A DNA stretch of 64,000 bases. Source: Sedimentisphaerales bacterium. GTDB taxonomy: Bacteria; Planctomycetota; Phycisphaerae; Sedimentisphaerales; SM23-30. Below are positions 21,732 through 32,123 of this stretch, piece by piece. Location: the NCBI GenBank assembly GCA_963666285.1, contig OY762711.1; one strand, 5' to 3'. The translations under genes and the position numbers were made by a program. A model generated the notes under the pieces. The model ran no database searches and had not been told where the DNA came from. It was given only the letters and a program-made list of their open reading frames with translations. The number at the start of each line of letters is the position of its first letter. The first letter of the stretch is position 1.

Positions 21732-22121
21732 TGTACGGTTAATTTTTCCGGGGCAGAAAAAAACTTGAAATAATTCTTTCTGTTTTTAGAGAATCTAAAA
21801 ATAATTTGCCTAACAGCTAAACTGATATTTTTTTATTATAAAAAACTGTTTTTTCTAATATTGATAAATATTGCGTGATCTGTTTTTGGATTTTATTCGA
21901 TCTGTGCAAGCCACAATATTTCCACTGCAATACAAATGCAATAATCACAATCACAAGCCAATATCCGTAAAATCATCGAACTTAAATGATATTGGGTGCT
22001 TAAGATAATTTCCCGGGAATAACAGCAAATCAGGATGATTTGCTCATTATAACTAAAAGTAGGGGGGATTCGCCGGGCTCAGCTTGCCTGAGACCGGTTT
22101 GGCAGCAGGCCCTGCCTGCAA

Positions 22122-22205
22122 TGCGGATGAGAGGATTCGAACCTCCACTGAGTAACCTCAACTAGCACCTGAAGCTAGCGCGTCTGCCAGTTCCGCCACA
22201 TCCGC
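22122..22205 (-). tRNA. tRNA-Leu(CAG); CCA not encoded
   Basis: Minus strand reads GCGGATG..TGGCAGACGCGCTAGC-TTCAGGT-GCTAG, long variable arm, GGTTCGAATCC, CATCCGCA. Confidence 0.96.
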
Positions 22206-22218
22206 AACGGGACTGGGT

Positions 22219-22247
22219 ATTGTATTATCAATATATCTCTCTGTCAA
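22219..22247 (-). promoter_or_regulatory. sigma70 promoter of tRNA-Leu
   Basis: Minus strand TTGACA-17 nt-TACAAT, ending 13 nt upstream of the tRNA. Confidence 0.75.
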
Positions 22248-22493
22248 GACTTGTATTACAAAAAATAATATAATTATTTTCGCCAAAAAAAGAATTGTAA
22301 TTATTTACATATTTATAAATAATTAACTCAAGCTCCGCTTCATTTTACCGATATGTGTGGTAAGATAGGTAATCTGTGAGACCTGGACAGATAATTATAA
22401 CTGTAATGGTTTAGCAGATTGTTGTACTGAATTCTTACTACACTCTCTTAATAATGGAGTAGTTAAGATTTAATTGGAATTGGAAGGACCTGA

Positions 22494-23393
22494 ATGATGG
22501 CAGAGCATTTAGAGCAACAAATTGGAATGTCCGATAATTCAACCAGGCTGGCTTCGTTGCCGGGCAGGTTGGCTATTGTCGAAAAAATTATGGCTGAAGC
22601 GATCCGCGACCCGGAAGTCAGCTTGTTTCGCCCACGCGCCCAGTTTACTTTTTTCTGTGGTAATGACCCGGAAAAAGTTGCCGGCCATGATTTCCAGCTT
22701 GAAGTGGTCGGGCGATGCCTGGAGTGGTTTGTCTTCGATTATAAAATCCCTGATCTTTGCCAGACCCCGGCACAATACTGGTTTGCCAACAACTCAAAGA
22801 GACTGGATAAATCTGCCCGTCAGGATGCTGCTAACTGCCTGGACTATGTCCTTAGCATATTCGAGATTACCGAGGTAGACGATATCTCTGGTTTTGTCGC
22901 TGTCGATCTGCTCAGAAACGGCAGGGCATATTATGTCGATGAACATATTATTAATGATCAGCTTCAGCCCGGACAGATGCTGCTGGGACGGCTTTTCCCT
23001 CACCAGGAAAACTATTCTCTCTCCGGCATGGCGACTATTATGGATAGCCAGGCATGTTCACAGGTCAGGGCAATGATCAAATCCGGCAAACTCAGGCCCG
23101 ATAACCTTCTTCAGGATCTCGACGGCCTGGAACTGGAAAATTTATACGGTCGATCTCTTATGGGGCTCGATAAGCTGGATTCTGCTGAGCTGGAAACCAG
23201 GATAAGAAATTATCTTAGAGTTACTGATTCAAAAGTCAGTTACAGTGAACTGGTTGATCTGCTGGCGAATGCCAAAGACCCTATCGAAGGGGCTGTAACT
23301 TTCTGCCGTATGACACAAATTGAATGTCGCCACGAAATCGAACTTATTATTGCATTTCTAATGGGCCTCTGGTTCAAGATCAATGCTTTCTAA
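22494..23393 (+). CDS. Hypothetical protein
   Basis: 299 aa open frame with an RBS (GAAGGA) and WF.FDY, S.FE, DLL, GRL.P...LSG motifs. Confidence 0.85.
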   Translation: MMAEHLEQQIGMSDNSTRLASLPGRLAIVEKIMAEAIRDPEVSLFRPRAQFTFFCGNDPEKVAGHDFQLEVVGRCLEWFVFDYKIPDLCQTPAQYWFANNSKRLDKSARQDAANCLDYVLSIFEITEVDDISGFVAVDLLRNGRAYYVDEHIINDQLQPGQMLLGRLFPHQENYSLSGMATIMDSQACSQVRAMIKSGKLRPDNLLQDLDGLELENLYGRSLMGLDKLDSAELETRIRNYLRVTDSKVSYSELVDLLANAKDPIEGAVTFCRMTQIECRHEIELIIAFLMGLWFKINAF

Positions 23394-23458
23394 TCGGGCA
23401 GCCCAGAATGGCTGCTTCCGGTTTGTTATAAAATAGTCTTATTCATATTTGTTAAAAT

Positions 23459-23493
23459 AAATGGAATGGTAAAATATCTTACCATTCCATTTT
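23459..23493 (+). terminator. Hairpin, probable terminator
   Basis: AAATGGAATGGTAA-6 nt-TTACCATTCCATTT. Confidence 0.5.
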
Positions 23494-23732
23494 AACATTT
23501 TAAAATATGAGCTACAGTTATACGAATTTGTATAAGCTGCTTAAAAATATGTAGTTATGTGATTGTGGTGTGTTTTTAGGTCAGTCATTTTTAAAATTAA
23601 TATGTTAAAATAGAAAAAATAGGGATTTTGGCTAAACATTTTTTAACACTCCTTCCGATACCTTAATTGTCGCAAGTGATAACAATAAAAAAAGCAGAAT
23701 AAACAAAACTCTTTAACAGGAAGGACGCTATT

Positions 23733-24449
23733 ATGGATTTTGATCTTTACAGAATGAGGTATCTTGACAAAGTATTGGTTGGCGATAGAAATGGCTGCAG
23801 AGAAATACTTAGTGAAACCCTTCAAACTGGTACACCTGCTTCTACAATTTATACTGAACTGTTCTGGCCGATTATGGAAGAAATTGACAAGCTGTACCGC
23901 AAGGATAAAATCGACAGAATTACTGAGCACATGGCAACCCGCATAAATCGAACTCTGGTTGACCAGCTGCAAAGTAAACTTCCTCAGTCTGGATCAAATG
24001 GACGAAGAATTATTATTGTTTGTGCTGATGATGAGCCCGAAGAACTTGGTGCCCAGATGTGTTCAGATCTGTTTGAATCTGAAGGGTGGCGCGTAAGATT
24101 CCTGGGCGGCGGAGTTCCTAACGATGAAGTCCTTGGTTTGGTTGGCACTTTCTGTCCGGATATCCTCTTTGTTTACGGCACAAAACCAAGTGGGGCACCA
24201 AATGTCAGGTTCCTTATCGATTCTATTCGTAACATCAATGCCTGTCCTGATTTAAGGATTATGCTTTCTGGCGGTGTTTTCAATCGTGCTGAAGGGCTTT
24301 GGGAAGAGATCGGTGCCGATTTGTTTGCTCCTAGTGCTCGTGAAGCATTGAAAATTGCACTTACTGACCGCAAAGCCAAACCTTCTTCCAAGCGTCGCAG
24401 TCGTCGTTCCAGGCTTCGTGATGAACTTGGTGAAGAAGTAAATGTATAA
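23733..24449 (+). CDS. Cobalamin-binding-domain protein (cap plus Rossmann domain) lacking the axial His
   Basis: L.P.M.EI..L...D.I....EH.AT cap, then E.EELG....DLFE..GW.V.FLG..VP; basic C-terminal tail. Confidence 0.85.
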   Translation: MDFDLYRMRYLDKVLVGDRNGCREILSETLQTGTPASTIYTELFWPIMEEIDKLYRKDKIDRITEHMATRINRTLVDQLQSKLPQSGSNGRRIIIVCADDEPEELGAQMCSDLFESEGWRVRFLGGGVPNDEVLGLVGTFCPDILFVYGTKPSGAPNVRFLIDSIRNINACPDLRIMLSGGVFNRAEGLWEEIGADLFAPSAREALKIALTDRKAKPSSKRRSRRSRLRDELGEEVNV

Positions 24450-24508
24450 TTATTTACCGATCGTGTGGATTGGTTTTATATGAATACGAACGTGTATTCG
24501 TCTTTCGG

Positions 24509-24539
24509 AAAGGGCAGTCTTTCGGCTGCTCTTTTTTTT
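24509..24539 (+). terminator. Intrinsic terminator
   Basis: AAAGGGCAGTC-TTTC-GGCTGCTCTTT plus a T-run. Confidence 0.8.
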
Positions 24540-24856
24540 GAACTTATATGCCATAGGAAGCTAAGTTATATCTCGAATGCAAATTATTTTTCAAAATATT
24601 TGTGTTTTTAGAGCATTTAACGTGTTGGTCATGGGCTGCATTAGGTATAAGTTCTGTTTTTACAATTGTTTATATTAATTTTTGCTCGAGTTGTCCTAAC
24701 GTAAAAATAATGACGAATTGGATAAATTTTTTCAATTATTATGCCGATTAATATTGACATATCTTTTTAAGATAGATAATATATTATAGTAATTACGATG
24801 AGAAAATTTGAATTACGGAGATAACTTTTGTCATACGACAAAGGAAAGGAAAATTG

Positions 24857-25381
24857 ATGAAGTACCTATCTATTATATTACTTCTCGTTGCCGGGCTGGC
24901 TAATGCTGCTTTAATTGATTATGTTCAGATAGATGCCAGTGGCACTAATTCTGGACTGTGGGATATTACTTCTATTAGCGGAGATGCTGTTGAAGCCAGA
25001 GGCGTAGTAGACGGCCTGACTGGATATGTTGTAGTTGGTGAGACTATTGATCTTGCTGATTTTGACGTTGCTTTATTCTCTGTTGATGTTAAAAATGTTG
25101 ACCTGAATGATACCTTTGGGTATTTCCTTTACGGGGCTGTTGGTTCTACTATCGTTATGGATGGTATGGATACATTAGCTCCTGGCGATTCTGCTACCTT
25201 GACCTTTGACCCGCTTAACTACGCTTCTTTATCTGGCTCTGGCCCGATAACATACGGCGTTGGCATCTATGGCGGTGATGATATTTTTGTTACAGAGCTT
25301 AGCCGCTTGGTTGTACCGGAGCCTGTAGCTGTTGTCTCACTTGCTGTTGGCGGATTGGTTGTCCTACGCAGATTTAAGTAA
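24857..25381 (+). CDS. PEP-CTERM surface protein
   Basis: Signal peptide ending ANA; C-terminal VPEP + hydrophobic helix + RRFK; RBS AAGGAAAGGA. Confidence 0.9.
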   Translation: MKYLSIILLLVAGLANAALIDYVQIDASGTNSGLWDITSISGDAVEARGVVDGLTGYVVVGETIDLADFDVALFSVDVKNVDLNDTFGYFLYGAVGSTIVMDGMDTLAPGDSATLTFDPLNYASLSGSGPITYGVGIYGGDDIFVTELSRLVVPEPVAVVSLAVGGLVVLRRFK

Positions 25382-25407
25382 CGCTTATATTAGCATTTAC
25401 GAAATTC

Positions 25408-25444
25408 AAGCGATACTGATATTCTCTTCAGTGTCGCTTTTTTT
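25408..25444 (+). terminator. Intrinsic terminator
   Basis: AAGCGATACTGA-loop-TCAGTGTCGCTT plus a T-run. Confidence 0.75.
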
Positions 25445-25494
25445 ATGCGCGTTTCTGTTGAACTGCTTCTTGTTTCCGGCTATAATCATGCACC

Positions 25495-26277
25495 GTGAGT
25501 AAAAAGCTTAGCAATATCATTATTTTTGTTTCTCTGGTTATCTTGACAGCTGCTTCTGTTGCTGCCGCATTTTTAGGCGTTGACAAAGCTGGTGCTATTG
25601 CCGGCAGTTTACCAACTTTGTGTTTTGGCATAGCTCTAATTATCCTTTTTGCATTTTCTTTTTTTCGTTTTCCCAGGCTTATCAAGGCTCCGGGCCTTTT
25701 AATGGTTCATCTTGGTTGTATTGCTATTCTGCTCGGTGCTGCTATTGGTGGTTCCTATAGCCATTTTATTCGTCAGGAGCTAAAAGAGATCCCGCAGATG
25801 GGAGAGTTCAGAGTTGGTAAACTGCATAAAGGACAAATGCAGATTGACGAAGCTAACTATTCTTCTGTTAACCGGGGTATTTCACTGGATGGCCTGCCCT
25901 GTGTAGATGTTTTACCTTATAGGATTTATCTCAGGGAGTTCAGGCTTGAGCTCTATGATTCGGGTATGCCCAAAGATTATATTAGTGAACTGATGATTAT
26001 TTCTGATGAAGGGCGTCATTATGGACCATTTGAAATTGAGGTTAATAAGCCTCTTCATTATGCCGGATATCATTTTTATCAGAGTAGTTACGGGCAATAT
26101 TCTGACGGCAGCTACTGCACTGTCCTGAGTGTTGTTTCCGATAATGGACTCTGGCTTGTATACTCCGGGTTTTTCCTGCTGCTTTCCGGCGTTTTCTGGC
26201 ACTTATGGTTTCGGCCAATCGCTCAATGGCATCTTGCCGGGAAAAAGGATCAGATAGGGGGCCCGGATGCCGACTGA
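25495..26277 (+). CDS. Cytochrome c biogenesis protein, ResB/CcsB-like (system II)
   Basis: HLG...IL.G, F.L.Y..G.PKDY.S, I.VNKPL.Y.GY.FYQSSY and V.D.G..LVY.G; overlaps the CcsA start. Confidence 0.85.
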   Translation: MSKKLSNIIIFVSLVILTAASVAAAFLGVDKAGAIAGSLPTLCFGIALIILFAFSFFRFPRLIKAPGLLMVHLGCIAILLGAAIGGSYSHFIRQELKEIPQMGEFRVGKLHKGQMQIDEANYSSVNRGISLDGLPCVDVLPYRIYLREFRLELYDSGMPKDYISELMIISDEGRHYGPFEIEVNKPLHYAGYHFYQSSYGQYSDGSYCTVLSVVSDNGLWLVYSGFFLLLSGVFWHLWFRPIAQWHLAGKKDQIGGPDAD

Positions 26278-27124
26278 TTCTGTCGTTAATGACAATCTTA
26301 TTCCTTTATTCGGCAGCCTGGCGATTAAGGTCAGTACCCAGGGTACATTAATATATTTAGGTATGCTGGCCTATGCCGTTTCGATGCTGTTTTTCCTCTT
26401 GCGAAAAAAACGTGTGGCTGAAACATGTTATTTTATAGCCTTTTTTATCTCCGTAATATCTTTTGTTTATCGTTGGGGCCATGTCGAACATATTCCCATG
26501 CAGAATATGTTTGAAGTGTTCCTCACGCTTGGCATGGCCGGATGGCCGATTTCTTTATTCTGCCGAAAGCTGCTAAAGGTCGGCGGTGAGCCGGGCGATG
26601 TCCTGCTCAGTTTTATACTGCTTTTCCCGGCTGGTCTGGTTTTTTCTGCTGAACCTCAACAGCTGCCGCCTGCCCTGCAGAGTCCTCTGTTTGGACCTCA
26701 TGTTGCTGCTTATATGCTTGCATATTTCGTCCTGGCAAAAGCGGCCTTACAGGCTGTCTCGTTTTTAATTGGACTTAAACATAAAGGGAATGAGGCCGAT
26801 TTACTCGTAGATTTTAATACAGGAACCTATAGAATTGTCTGCCTTGGATTTCCTTTACTTACACTTGGATTAATGCTGGGATGCGTCTGGGGCAAACTGG
26901 CTTGGGGCGACTATTGGAACTGGGACCCGAAAGAAATGTGGTCCTTCGCTTCATGGCTCGTCTATGTGATTTATTTCCACTGGCGTTACGCCTTCGGCAA
27001 AAAATACCCCAGGATTGCCTGCAGCTGGGCAGTCCTCGGCCTGATTTTCATTATCATTACATTACTATGGGTAAACCTTTCCAGTATATTTGATGGTCTA
27101 CATAGCTATGCAACTGCGGAATAA
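26267..27124 (+). CDS. ccsA: Cytochrome c biogenesis protein CcsA/ResC
   Basis: P.QNMFE, PALQS....HV, WWD motif G.VW...AWG.YWNWDPKE.W and GLHSYA. Confidence 0.95.
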   Translation: MPTDSVVNDNLIPLFGSLAIKVSTQGTLIYLGMLAYAVSMLFFLLRKKRVAETCYFIAFFISVISFVYRWGHVEHIPMQNMFEVFLTLGMAGWPISLFCRKLLKVGGEPGDVLLSFILLFPAGLVFSAEPQQLPPALQSPLFGPHVAAYMLAYFVLAKAALQAVSFLIGLKHKGNEADLLVDFNTGTYRIVCLGFPLLTLGLMLGCVWGKLAWGDYWNWDPKEMWSFASWLVYVIYFHWRYAFGKKYPRIACSWAVLGLIFIIITLLWVNLSSIFDGLHSYATAE

Positions 27125-27608
27125 TTAACCCTCATAAATCAGCTGTTGTATTATTAGCATGTAGAGAACAGGCGGTTTCCAGATTCCTTTTCCAAAATCA
27201 TTCTCAATATACGACTTTGTAACTTACAAACTTCTTCTTCTTTTCTTTATCCACTTCGCTTGATGAGGTGTGTGTTCGATCAAGCTTTTGAGAATATTAT
27301 TCTCAGATTGTAGTCATATTATCACTGTTTTTTAGCATTGCCTTTAACCGAATCTTTGAATATTTTTTACTATTTATCTTTCTCGTATTACCGCTTTCTT
27401 TATATTGCCCGCTGGTCAGCTTAGATTTCTTATTTTATGTTATCTGCAATTCGGTATGACAATTTCAATGATACTTTTTTTTATTGTTTTTATGCTATTA
27501 TGCCGATTTTTATAATTAGCGTATTTTTACCTTATTATTACATTAATTATATCGCGGTATGTGGTTTGATGCTATAAGCTGCTTTAGATAAATGACTTAA
27601 GGGGTTTT

Positions 27609-30600
27609 GTGGTGCCTGAATACACCGACATGATAAACAATATCGAATACTTCCCGCAGGCCAACCGCAACATGGTGCAATATTCGGTTCTGCATATCAA
27701 AATATTTGTTCATACTGATCCGTCACTGAAAAAAGATGATTATAATGTTGTTGTGAGAACTAACCTCAATCAGGCTGGTCCTATAAGAAGCCAGTTTATA
27801 GATCTGGTAGAGACTGGGCGTTCCACTTCAACTGATTATTATGATATTGTGGCTGAGTATTGCAGTGATGACAAAAGCTATAACTGCAATGTATTACTTA
27901 GTGATGTTGGGTTCTTCCAGTTCAAAGTTAGGGTAGAGTCTTCCGACAAACAAAGTCCATGGGTCAAATGGGCTGATGGTGAAAATGTTGGTATTAGTGT
28001 TACGCCGCTTTCCTATGCACGTGATAATACTATATATTGTGCTTTTCTTCGTAACTTTGGTTATGACAAAGAGCAGCTTGTCCTCAAAAATGAAACCTTC
28101 GAAAATCTTATCAAGGAAATAGAGTCAACCGGGGCATATGTTATTGGTGCCGGTGGAAACTTTGAACTCTTCAAAAAGGAACTGCCGTTTATTATTGGCA
28201 AACTTGGGATGAAAATTATCCATTTTCTGCCTATAAATCCAATCCCGCATAGTTATGGCCGGATGGGTATGTATGGCAGCCCTTATGCCACGACTGATTA
28301 TTTCGGGATCGACCATACTTACGGCACGTTTAGCCGCTATAAAACTATTGAAGATCAGTTCATCGATCTGACCAGTACCATCCATGGCATGGGTGCCAAG
28401 GTATTTCTGGATATGGTTATAAATCATACCGGTTGGGCCAGCAGCTTGTTGTTTACCCATCGCAAGTGGTTCAAAACTGCTAGCGACCAGAAGCTGATTT
28501 CTCCTGGTGCCTGGGGTGTTATCTGGGGTGATCTTGTTGAGCTCGACTATAAGTATAAAGACCTGTGGCAGTATATAGCCAAGGTTTTCCTCGCATGGTG
28601 TGAAAGGGGAGTTGATGGTTTCAGACTTGATGCCGGTTATATGATACCGGTCGAGGTCTGGCAGTATATTATCAGTAAAGTACGCGAAAAATTCCCGGAA
28701 ACCATGTTCCTGCTCGAAGGGTTAGGCGGTCCGCTCGAAGTTACAGAACAGCTCCTTACCGATGGTATGATCAATTGGGCCTATTCCGAGCTGTTCCAGA
28801 ACTATGACAAAGCCCAGCTTGATTGGTATATGCCTTATGCCAATAAGGTTTCCGCCCAGAAAGGCGTGCTTGTCAATTATGCTGAGACCCATGATAATGA
28901 ACGACTCGCCAAAAAAGGTAAAGTCTATACTCTTATGCGACTTTACCTCTGTGCCTTTACGGCTCCCGCTGGTGCCTGGGGTTTTGCCAATGGTGTCGAA
29001 TGGCTTGCAACCGAAAAGATCGATGTCCATCGCAATACCGGCCTGAACTGGGGGGCAGAGGATAATCTGGTCGAAGAGATTGCCGAAATCAATAAGATCC
29101 TCCGCGAAAATCCGGCCTTCTGGGTTAATGGCAACCTCAATATGTTTGATTGTGGTAACGATCAGGTATATGCCTTTTCGCGATGGGATAATAGCACTGG
29201 TAACTCAGTGGTTTGTTTTATAAATCTTGATACTGTAAGCCCGCAGAATATTTCCTGGAATATCGGCAGCTGGCAGCTTGAGAATTCTTGCTGCTATAAT
29301 GAATTACTGGGTCAGAAACACAAGTTCTCCGAAGCCGGTGATTATCACCTCGAACTTTCTCCCGGTCAGTGTATGCTGTTCAGGCTGGAAAAATCTGATT
29401 CTGTTTATGAAATAAAAATTCCGGCTCTATACGATACCGATATCGCAAAAACCAGGTTAATCTACCAGGTACTTCTCAATAAGTTCAAACCGGAAGAAGT
29501 AGGGCTGATCGATCAGGAAAAACTGCTTAAATCTGTAACTGATTTACGACGTTTTATCGCACTGGTACAGACCTCTGGTATTAAATATCTTACGCAATGT
29601 GACCTCAAAGCTGCTATGGACCAGCTAAGCCAGGCAGTTGTTAACGAACACTCGACTGTATGGAATTTCAGGAAATGCAATAAGGTGTTTATGATACCTG
29701 GTGACAAGTGGCTGATTGCTGAAACCTTCATGCCGTGTACCGCATACCTGAGATTAGCAGAAGGAGCGGATTTTGATATAAATGTTTTGAGCAGGACAGA
29801 GTGTAATGAAGATGATAATGTTATTATCCAGGATTCTATTCCTGCCAATAAATTTCATCATTGGGCTCTCTTTTCGCCAATGCCGAATAATCAGTATGCA
29901 ATGCTTAGTTTCAACTGGGTTATTGAACATGACCGGATGATTCAGCGGCAGCGACGCAGTGAAGAGTATCCTGTTCTTTCTGTGCCGGGTGGTCAAAAGC
30001 GGTTATCTGCTGCTAAAATTTACCCGATTGAAATCCAGAAAGAGGAGCTCAAGCCGAATTACCAGAATGTTACTATGGCCAATATCCACGGGTCTGTATC
30101 ACAGATGCCGGCATTACCTGCAAAATTCAATACCAAATACGATTCGATTTTGAGTATCTTGCTCGATAAAACCAGTCCTGACCAGCGGTTCTCGCTTTTG
30201 CGCGGACTGCTTGAAACCGTACAGATTGGACAGAAATATTTTAATCTTGATGAAGGGTTTGTCAGTTCATTTACCAGGTATCCAAACCCGGTTTGGGAAT
30301 TTGTCTATGATGATGGTGAATATAACGTTGTCATCGAACGGTCGATTGCTATGTCCAGGACCGATGATACTATTATCATTCGCTATAAAGTCAATAAGGC
30401 CAATACAGACGTTATTGTCTCCGCTAAGGCTGCTATCGAATATCGCAATATCCATGAACAGTTTGTCTTTGATGATAATGGCGAAGCCGAAGGCTGGTTG
30501 AGAAACAGTTACAATATATTCCAGGATCTGGATGGTTTCTATTTTAAACCGACTGGTAATACGACCTTAAATGTCTTTACAAAGCAGGGTGAATTTGTCA

Positions 30601-32123
30601 ATCAGCCGCATAAGGTTGTTCGGCTCCAGTTCCCTCAAGACAGGGAAAACAACCTGGCTTCAACCGGTGATGCTTTTTATCCCGGCGTATTTACTTTCAA
30701 TTTGAGAAGAGGCGAAAGTTCTTTTATTACTGTTTCTGCTGAATCGCTCGCAAAAGCACAAAGTACCTCGCTGCATAGCCTGGAGCAGGGCAATATCCGC
30801 TATTCCAAGGATATCGTTGCCAGGGTCAAGGGCCAGAATGCCCAGCGTGACCCGATTGTGAAACTGCTGGTGGATTCACTTGACCAGTTCCTGATCAAGG
30901 CCGAAGGCTCCTGGCTGCTTGCTGCCGGTCGGCCATGGCTCGGGTGTCGTACCCGCGAATCTCTGCATGCAGTCGGCGGGCTTATTGCTGCCGGACGTGA
31001 TGATGTCGCACGCGATATTATCCTCAAGGCCGCTGCTACCGAACGTAATGGCATGCTCGCAGACTGGCTCAATAGCGGTATCCAGGATCGAAGTTGTGTC
31101 GAAAGCTCTCTCAGGCTGTTTCTTGCCGCCAGAAGCTACGTTCAGTCTACTAACGATGAATCTTTCTGGGACAGCAGTATCGATGGCAATCGGTCGCTGC
31201 GTGAAATTCTCAAAAGTATTTTCCAGAGTTTCACCAAACAGGCTGTTCCTGATAGGGTTGGCATTGATTTTGAAACCGGGATGCTATACTGTCCGGAATG
31301 TCATACCTGGATGGATACAAGATACCCGCAGGCGACCCCGCGTAAAGGCTATCCTATCGAAATACAGGGGCTCTGGTACAGGGCTTTGGGTGTTATTGAC
31401 TGTTTCGATTCACAGCTTACCGGGCATGCCGGCGAAGTTAAGTCTTCTATCAATCGCTATTTTATGGATTTGTTCTGGGACGAACACAATATGTGCCTGG
31501 CTGACGTTGTCGGCGGCCATGGCGATCATTGCGGTGCCACCCTCAGCGGGGGACGCATGGTCGACAATGCCGTACGCTTTAATCAGCTCGCAGCAATCAA
31601 GGCAAAACTTGTACCGGAGGTTAACAGCCGGTATATCATCGAACGGATCAACAGAAAGCTGCTTATCCCCGCTGCGATCCGCTCCCTCAGTGAAGATTCA
31701 CTTGTTGTGCCTCATTGCATTTTTGATGATAAGAACGAGCTGCTCGTTGACCCGCTTCTACCTTATAAAGGTACATATCAGGGCAGCGAGATCGATCGAA
31801 GACTGGCCGCTCATAATGGCGTAGCCTGGCCGTTTGCTTACCCGAGCTTTATCGAGCTTCGTGCTGCTGTCTATGACTATTCGGCTCTTGCCGTCAGGCA
31901 GGCACTCGCATATTTCGAACCGCTCTGGCATGAAATGGCTACCGCTTCAATTGGCTTCATACCTGAAATGAAAGACGGAGATTTTCCGCATCGGCCGCGC
32001 GGTTGCTATGCCTATGCCTTAAATTCTGCCGAAGCCATCAGGGTTTACATGAGGCTCAAGTACAAATTCAATGTCGAAGAAGGATATTCTGTCGAATGTC
32101 AGGAAGAAGCAGTTAATAGTTAA
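27609..32123 (+). CDS. Two-domain glycogen debranching-like enzyme: GH13 alpha-amylase domain plus amylo-alpha-1,6-glucosidase (GH133-like) domain
   Basis: GSPYA..DY, D.VINHT, DGFRLDAGY, LLE and ETHDN in the N-terminal half; TWMD....TPRKG.PIEIQ.LW, HNG.AW and E..DGD.PH..RGC in the C-terminal half. Confidence 0.9.
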   Translation: MVPEYTDMINNIEYFPQANRNMVQYSVLHIKIFVHTDPSLKKDDYNVVVRTNLNQAGPIRSQFIDLVETGRSTSTDYYDIVAEYCSDDKSYNCNVLLSDVGFFQFKVRVESSDKQSPWVKWADGENVGISVTPLSYARDNTIYCAFLRNFGYDKEQLVLKNETFENLIKEIESTGAYVIGAGGNFELFKKELPFIIGKLGMKIIHFLPINPIPHSYGRMGMYGSPYATTDYFGIDHTYGTFSRYKTIEDQFIDLTSTIHGMGAKVFLDMVINHTGWASSLLFTHRKWFKTASDQKLISPGAWGVIWGDLVELDYKYKDLWQYIAKVFLAWCERGVDGFRLDAGYMIPVEVWQYIISKVREKFPETMFLLEGLGGPLEVTEQLLTDGMINWAYSELFQNYDKAQLDWYMPYANKVSAQKGVLVNYAETHDNERLAKKGKVYTLMRLYLCAFTAPAGAWGFANGVEWLATEKIDVHRNTGLNWGAEDNLVEEIAEINKILRENPAFWVNGNLNMFDCGNDQVYAFSRWDNSTGNSVVCFINLDTVSPQNISWNIGSWQLENSCCYNELLGQKHKFSEAGDYHLELSPGQCMLFRLEKSDSVYEIKIPALYDTDIAKTRLIYQVLLNKFKPEEVGLIDQEKLLKSVTDLRRFIALVQTSGIKYLTQCDLKAAMDQLSQAVVNEHSTVWNFRKCNKVFMIPGDKWLIAETFMPCTAYLRLAEGADFDINVLSRTECNEDDNVIIQDSIPANKFHHWALFSPMPNNQYAMLSFNWVIEHDRMIQRQRRSEEYPVLSVPGGQKRLSAAKIYPIEIQKEELKPNYQNVTMANIHGSVSQMPALPAKFNTKYDSILSILLDKTSPDQRFSLLRGLLETVQIGQKYFNLDEGFVSSFTRYPNPVWEFVYDDGEYNVVIERSIAMSRTDDTIIIRYKVNKANTDVIVSAKAAIEYRNIHEQFVFDDNGEAEGWLRNSYNIFQDLDGFYFKPTGNTTLNVFTKQGEFVNQPHKVVRLQFPQDRENNLASTGDAFYPGVFTFNLRRGESSFITVSAESLAKAQSTSLHSLEQGNIRYSKDIVARVKGQNAQRDPIVKLLVDSLDQFLIKAEGSWLLAAGRPWLGCRTRESLHAVGGLIAAGRDDVARDIILKAAATERNGMLADWLNSGIQDRSCVESSLRLFLAARSYVQSTNDESFWDSSIDGNRSLREILKSIFQSFTKQAVPDRVGIDFETGMLYCPECHTWMDTRYPQATPRKGYPIEIQGLWYRALGVIDCFDSQLTGHAGEVKSSINRYFMDLFWDEHNMCLADVVGGHGDHCGATLSGGRMVDNAVRFNQLAAIKAKLVPEVNSRYIIERINRKLLIPAAIRSLSEDSLVVPHCIFDDKNELLVDPLLPYKGTYQGSEIDRRLAAHNGVAWPFAYPSFIELRAAVYDYSALAVRQALAYFEPLWHEMATASIGFIPEMKDGDFPHRPRGCYAYALNSAEAIRVYMRLKYKFNVEEGYSVECQEEAVNS

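Noticed and set aside
22055..22121. A canonical theta/HDV-like ribozyme after tRNA-Leu
   Set aside because: There is no room for P3/L3 or a P1.1 CC/GG pair, so it is kept only as an unexplained structured trailer.
10900..22205. tRNA-anchored genomic island (also considered for tRNA-Gln)
   Set aside because: No integrase and no duplicated tRNA 3' end were seen, although the gene content looks accessory.
27125..27480. Purine-skewed minus-strand stretch resembling decayed coding sequence
   Set aside because: Multiple stops and no recognisable family.
30919..31824. 301 aa alternative-frame ORF inside the debranching enzyme
   Set aside because: No recognisable motifs or RBS, and the host frame is uninterrupted.
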